DNA of 64,000 bases from Eledone cirrhosa. Lineage: Eukaryota. The stretch lies in NCBI GenBank assembly GCA_964016885.1, contig OZ024740.1, forward strand, positions 95,914,001-95,978,000, written 5' to 3'. Position 1 is the first letter of the stretch. Each line of letters begins with the position of its first letter. The notes beneath the pieces were generated by a model. It did no database searches. It was not told the DNA's origin and was given only the letters and a program-made list of their open reading frames with translations. A program made the position numbers and the translations under genes. This document shows positions 57,148-64,000 of the stretch, piece by piece.

Positions 57148-57685
57148 ATGTATGTGTATGTGTGTGTTGATGTGGGTATTTGTGTATATATAGGTGTAAG
57201 TGCACTAAATCCCTTTCTATCACTCTCTCCTCTCCTACCGACCACAGGGAGATATATGTATGTATATTGCTTCCACCCCCTCACTGACACACAGCTGGCC
57301 ATCTGGCTAAATCTGACCTTTATAAAAAAAAACATTCCCCACAAATAACTCCTCATTCACTACCAGAAAGGCACACAGCAGTCAACTTGATGCTACCAAG
57401 ATGAAAACTACTATGAAATTCCACACTGAATTTTATACTTGAATTTTCAAATCTCAAATTTTAATTCTTCTTATTAATTTTTCTTAATATTAATCAACAT
57501 TTTAAAAGATGGCTTTTGCAAACCCATCGAAACCGGTCTTTTTTATACCCTTTATTATTTCCTTACCTTATAAAATTATATGTTTTTTCACAAACAAGTA
57601 TTTTGTCTCTTATATATTCCATGTGCCATTACCAACCTCAATTTTCTCTATAACCTTCGTTTTGTGTACAAACTTACACTTTTCA
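53993..57685 (+). mobile_element. Second, 5'-truncated and more degenerate copy of PLE A (RT + GIY-YIG pseudogene 54135-~56410, 3' UTR, HHR with G5U at 57501-57538)
   Basis: Colinear with 6438-10151; contains stops and frameshifts; same 3' terminus ttacacttttca followed by (TA)n. Confidence 0.93.
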
Positions 57686-57859
57686 TATATATATATATAT
57701 ATATATGTTTCGTTTCTGAATTTGTTTAGCAAGATTCTTTATCTGAAATCGTGTGTTGAAACCGATATTGTTATACTTTGGGAGGGTCATGTTGCCAATA
57801 AGAAACACACGCACCAGTTGCCTTCACTTCAATTTATTATATATTTATAAATTTATAAA

Positions 57860-58884
57860 TTTATGAATTTCTGGTTGGTTGGTTCCACAACCAGATAGTT
57901 GTTTATATATAGTCATAGTTCTTTCGTCACACACTATGTGACCTCTTCAGTGACTGGGGATTCCTCTCTTCGTTTCTGTGCCTCTCCTTTGTTCTGTCCT
58001 ACGCCATTTTGTTTCTGTGTGTTGTGTGCTCAGTCTGCGCATGCGCCACATCCGGGTGTCTGTGTGTGTTTATGTTCATTTATTTATTTGTTTATTTACA
58101 TGTTGTTGGTTGGTTGTTTGTTCTATGTGTGTGTGTGTTTTCATTTTGTCCTTAATTGTAAGTTGTGATGTTGCTGTTCCACTCATATTTTCTATTTAAT
58201 TTTGGTAGTAATTCTTTTATGTTTATTGCCTCTGTAATTTGTCTAAATATTGCGCCTTTTCTGTGTGTAGATTCTATTTTTATTTCTGTTCTCTAATTTA
58301 CCCTTGTGTTCTATTTTAGCATGTTGGTAGAGTACAGATGATTCTTTATTATCTTGAAGGTCTCGCCAGTGTTCATTTATCCGTTCCCCTACATTACGAG
58401 CTGTCTCACCTATGTACACTATATTTTTGTCTCTACAATGTCCTTCAGTACATCTTATGCTATACACTGCATTTCTAGTTTTACAGTGAATATGGGGGCT
58501 TATTTTACAGGTTATAAATTTCTTATCTATACATGAGGGTCTTTGAAAAGGCTATGTCTTGCTAATAAGTGTTTTTACGGAGGTACCTGGTTTTTCTACT
58601 ATCTTAATATTGAGTTTATGTGTATTTAGGGCCCTTCTAAATTTCTAAGCTAATTAACCTCTAGGGGTTGTATCGATGAACATTACACTCTGGTATTTAT
58701 TGCTATCATACCATGAGTTTATTCTATTAGCCTTGTTCCTAGTTCTTTCTATTCTATTCCAAAATTTGCTCCTATACCAGGGGCAGGTCCCATTTATGTC
58801 ATTATTTACCATTTTTTCCCATTTAGTTCTGGCTCCTCTATACACTCTGATTTTATCTCTCTGATTGTAGCCAGAGAACTGCAT
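57860..58884 (-). mobile_element. 5'-truncated PLE of a third lineage (thumb/linker + GIY-YIG)
   Basis: FSGY...SWY....SVMFIDTTPRG; YSIRC....C....VYIGETARN..ERINEH; HHR downstream. Confidence 0.8.
57911..57955 (-). ncRNA. Minimal type I hammerhead ribozyme
   Basis: Minus strand agtca-CTGAAGA-g-gtcaca-tagtg-tgtgac-GAAA-gaac-TA-tgact; 5-bp stem I, 6-bp stem II. Confidence 0.82.
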
Positions 58885-58949
58885 ATATATATAAATATAT
58901 ATGTACATATATATATATATAAATATATATACATATATATATATATATA

Positions 58950-59627
58950 TTGAGCCCTCTGCCACTCATGTCGAATTTGTTTATCGTATACTCGTGAGCC
59001 GATTTTCCGATACTCGATTATTCTACTATATTTAGCTCTAGACTTAGCAATTGACCAGTTAATTTTGTTCATTTTTTGTCGATTCTATTAAATGATGAAT
59101 AGCTCCTGTTTATTTTAACATGTCTATTGAGCACTCTTATTCGATATGTGATTTCCCACATTACTGAATATCTTTCGCGGATATAGAGGTTATCTCCCTT
59201 GCTGGACACCATGTGAGTCTCAGCTAGGGTTAGCTTTTTTATTCGTTTGGACAAGACCCGTTGATAAAGTATTCCGGTCCGCCGCCCTCTAGAAGTCTTA
59301 TATATTTTTATGTGGGCTGATAGTGGGCGGATTAAGGAATTACAGAAACCCAAGAAGCTAGATTTACCATCTTTCTAGTGGGTCCGGATAAGCTTTTTAC
59401 ATTCATATGATTTATTGATTTATTGATATTTTATCTGAGTGACCCGAATCTTCCTGGTCGTAATTTTTCGGCCGCATGGGTGATTTTAGACATAATCTTT
59501 GTGTGTTGGTATTTTAACGATAGTTATAGCTCTGATTTATCTGAATTATTGAGCCCTCTGCCACTCATGTCGAATTTGTTTATCATAAAATCGTGAGCCG
59601 ATTTTCTGATACTCGATTATTCTACTA
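58950..59627. mobile_element. Unclassified ~680-bp non-coding element with ~80-bp terminal direct repeat, between (TA)n tracts
   Basis: ttgagccctctgccactcatgtcgaatttgtttatc...tactcgattattctactata at ~58950 and ~59549. Confidence 0.65.
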
Positions 59628-61216
<1,589 letters not shown>

Positions 61217-61218
<2 letters not shown>

Positions 61219-64000
61219 GTGGGGAAGTGAAGAATCGGAGAATAGAACTTTAAAACATGTTTATTTAAAACAGCACCTACGTACGTTTTGCCCAGTTGGG
61301 CTTCTCAAGGGCATAAATAATCAAAAGTGTTCCTCATATTGCTCGGAAAGAGTTGTTGGGGTTAAAACCACATCAAGGTTCATTGCTCGCGAAAATAGCT
61401 TGTTTTGATTTTGCAGCAGGTCAAATGAGGTAACTCTGGCCTGTGTTAGGGCAGTCTTTCCGGGACAAATTTTTTTTTTTTTGCCGCATCTGTTTGTCTG
61501 AGGCTGGGTCTGGTATGCACGGATTGTATCCTGGGTGTTATTTTGCAGCGCCTGCCCGCCGGGGTGTTAAGACTTGTTGCAGGTAGATCCGGAGTACGGT
61601 TTCACTCCTCATCCTTAACCCATCTGCAGAAGGATATTTTTAACCGACGTGTACAATTTATCGCTGTATAAGCTCTGCTGTTGATGAACTCGGGGGGTGC
61701 AGTTATGATGTGGTAGAGCTCCATGGGGCAAATATCGCACTTCCTCTTGAAGTTGTACGGTGCAGCCCTGCCGACAATCTCCCAGTGCGTGGAGAAGCTG
61801 ATGTTTAAGTCCTTTAGTGATGTGATGTAGTCCGCGAGCGAAGTGGAGTGCCTTAGTTTTCTATTTGTGAAAGAGTGGAGATGTGTTCGAAACCTAATTT
61901 TGAACAGGCCGGAGGAAGCCCCTATATAATGTTTACCGCTATTGTGGCTAGCAATAGTGCATCTATATATAACCCTATCAGTCAAGCAGTATCCTCTAAG
62001 GTGGCAGGGTCCTCTGTCGCGGCAGTTTGCAATTTCTGTCGCGGTTCCGTCTATTTCCCACGGTAAGGCTATCATTGTTGCTGCCTACGTTCTAACCTAC
62101 GCTACCGCAGCTGTCGTTAGCACCATTACAACCTACAGCACGCGGGGTGGTGCGATTGTTATTCCGCACGTCATGTCCTGCATGTTCCCCAGTCATTTCG
62201 CGGTTATGCTGGTTGCGTCTGCGGATGCCGTTGCCAACACTATTGGATGCTGCCAGGGAGATGTTAAGGCCGATATAGTTATTATCAGGTGTAGGTGCGT
62301 CTGTGTCGAGGTGCTGTATTTTGGTGATCTTACTGTCGTTCATTGTTCCTATGATGTCTGCTAGGTTAGGAGTAGTAGAGAAGGATATTTTTATATTGTT
62401 CCTATTAAGAATTTTTCTATACCTATGGTTGGGCGGGAAGTTCTTCTCTAAGGCTTCGAAGAACATCCGGGGTATGTTGGAGGCCACACTCCGAGAGTAG
62501 CGGGGTTGGAACCATAGGACGTTACGGTGGCGATTACGTGTCCTTGTACTTTTGCTAAGGGTGGTTCCATCTAGGTGACGGCTCTTATGCGTGTTAATGC
62601 GCAGTCGCCCATTCGGTGTCCCTTGCACTTTATGATCGGGTGCACTCTTCCTACCTCTTACATGTTTATGTACACGAAGATGTTGGTTGGAAGGCGTCGG
62701 TAGTAGGCCGTCGCCTTTGTTGGTTTTGTAATACGGGAATAGTTCGAGTAATCTACAGTGTTCACCGTCGCCGTGGTCGTGGTCTTTAGTGCGGTTATCT
62801 ATACTATTACATCCGACTTCGACGAGGTCGCCGCTTGATCGGTTATAGGTATGGCTTACTATAACGTTCATTTTATGAGGGGGGTGGTTTCTAGAGCTAG
62901 CGTTAGGGATGTAGGAAATTCCTCGGTTAAAGCCGGCGCTTATCAAGGCCGTATTGTAGTAATCTTCCGCTTGGTTGAATATATCCTCATTGGCGGATAG
63001 CCTCGAGATTCGATGTGAGATACTATAGGCTATGGAGTTGAGAGTTTGCTTAGGGTGGTTGGAGGCATAATTAATATAAGAGAGGCACTCTCCAGGCTTA
63101 TGGTATAGCTTGTATAAGCCCGTACTCAACTCCAGGGTCACGTCCAGGAAGTTGACAACACTGTGGTTGAGGTCCATAGTTACGGATAGGCCGTATGACT
63201 TGAAGAACCTGTGTATATGTTTGTTAAGTTTCTCTATCCTAGGGGGTTTATGGTTCCTAACGGTAAACAGGGCGTCGTCCCTATATACACCTCCTTGTAG
63301 GGTCGGTATCTCTTCCCTCAGCTTATGTAGGAGGTATATCCCGACCAGGTCATTTGCTTGCGCTGAGTTACTGGACCCCATCGTAACATCGAAGTTATCA
63401 GGACGTTTGGTTCTGGTCCAGTGGGAGCCTTCGATCTGGATAATGGTTCTACGCGCCGCTAGAATTATGTCTATTTCTTTTTTAGTGAGGCTAGTGTTAG
63501 ATCTAGCTAAGATAAGTACCTTATTTAAGAGTATGGGGGAGATAGAGGCGTAGTAACTATCTATATCAAACTGGATGAATTTCAGGGTGGCTTTATCCGG
63601 CAACTCGGTGTTGCCCCAGAGGCAGACCTTAGCCTTTCTATTAAGCTCCAGTATTACTCTGTCGAGGATCACTTTACTAATCTTACCTATATATGATGCA
63701 GAGGGGCATATTAGTCTAATAGAGGGGCTTTCATTAAAGTCATATTTGTGATCCTTAAGAGAGAATTTAGGCGTCAGAGGGACATACGGTTTAGTGTACT
63801 TTTCTATTTCTAAGCTGGTGACTATATCCTTCCCTACTCTATTTATGTCATTTAGGGTACCAGAGGGTGTTTTTTTTGTAGTGTTTGTGTAGTTCCTTAT
63901 AGATGAATTTGTTATACTTACTCGCGTCCATCTTGTACATCTTTTTTGTTTTGTCGGAGGTAACGAAGAGGTGCGGGTCATTCTTGATCTTAGTTATTAG
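61217..64000 (-). mobile_element. PLE (YRDD-type RT ORF 62092-63981, GIY-YIG ORF 61602-62075, 3' UTR); runs off the window end
   Basis: LKDHK, RLICP, FDIDSYY, TMGS, YRDD, NFLDV, YHKP, SNHP; NCR....C.L...CL...VIY, HYIGAS..FKIRF..H, CDIC..E. Confidence 0.92.
61273..61312 (-). ncRNA. Degenerate hammerhead ribozyme (U3-A8 core, G12A)
   Basis: Minus strand gccc-TTGAGAA-gccc-aact-gggc-AAAA-cgtacg-TA-ggtgc. Confidence 0.6.

Overview
This is AT-rich animal genomic DNA, dense in (TA)n and (CA)n microsatellites and consistent with a cephalopod such as Octopus (inferred from composition only). I found no host gene; nearly all short ORFs are translated microsatellite. The window is a nest of Penelope-like retroelements (PLEs: reverse transcriptase plus C-terminal GIY-YIG) from at least three lineages. 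It also holds one Chapaev3-like DNA transposon and a probable non-autonomous Helitron. The dominant feature is a ~23 kb tandem array (28346-51471) of 49.6 copies of a 466-bp unit, plus 1.8 inverted copies (51472-52309). Every complete unit carries a minimal type I hammerhead ribozyme (HHR) inside a highly self-complementary sequence. The array has the same inverted-copy-plus-tail layout as the neighbouring PLE, and its 5' junction lies 4 nt from the predicted cleavage site. I read it as a PLE-mobilised retrozyme (putative circular RNA) that later expanded into a satellite with 8-, 7- and 6-unit higher-order repeats. Diverged dispersed relatives at 14-19.6 kb show compensatory changes in the HHR stems. 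Several other PLE 3' regions carry variant HHRs (U3-A8 and C4 cores). All alignments and counts were done by eye.
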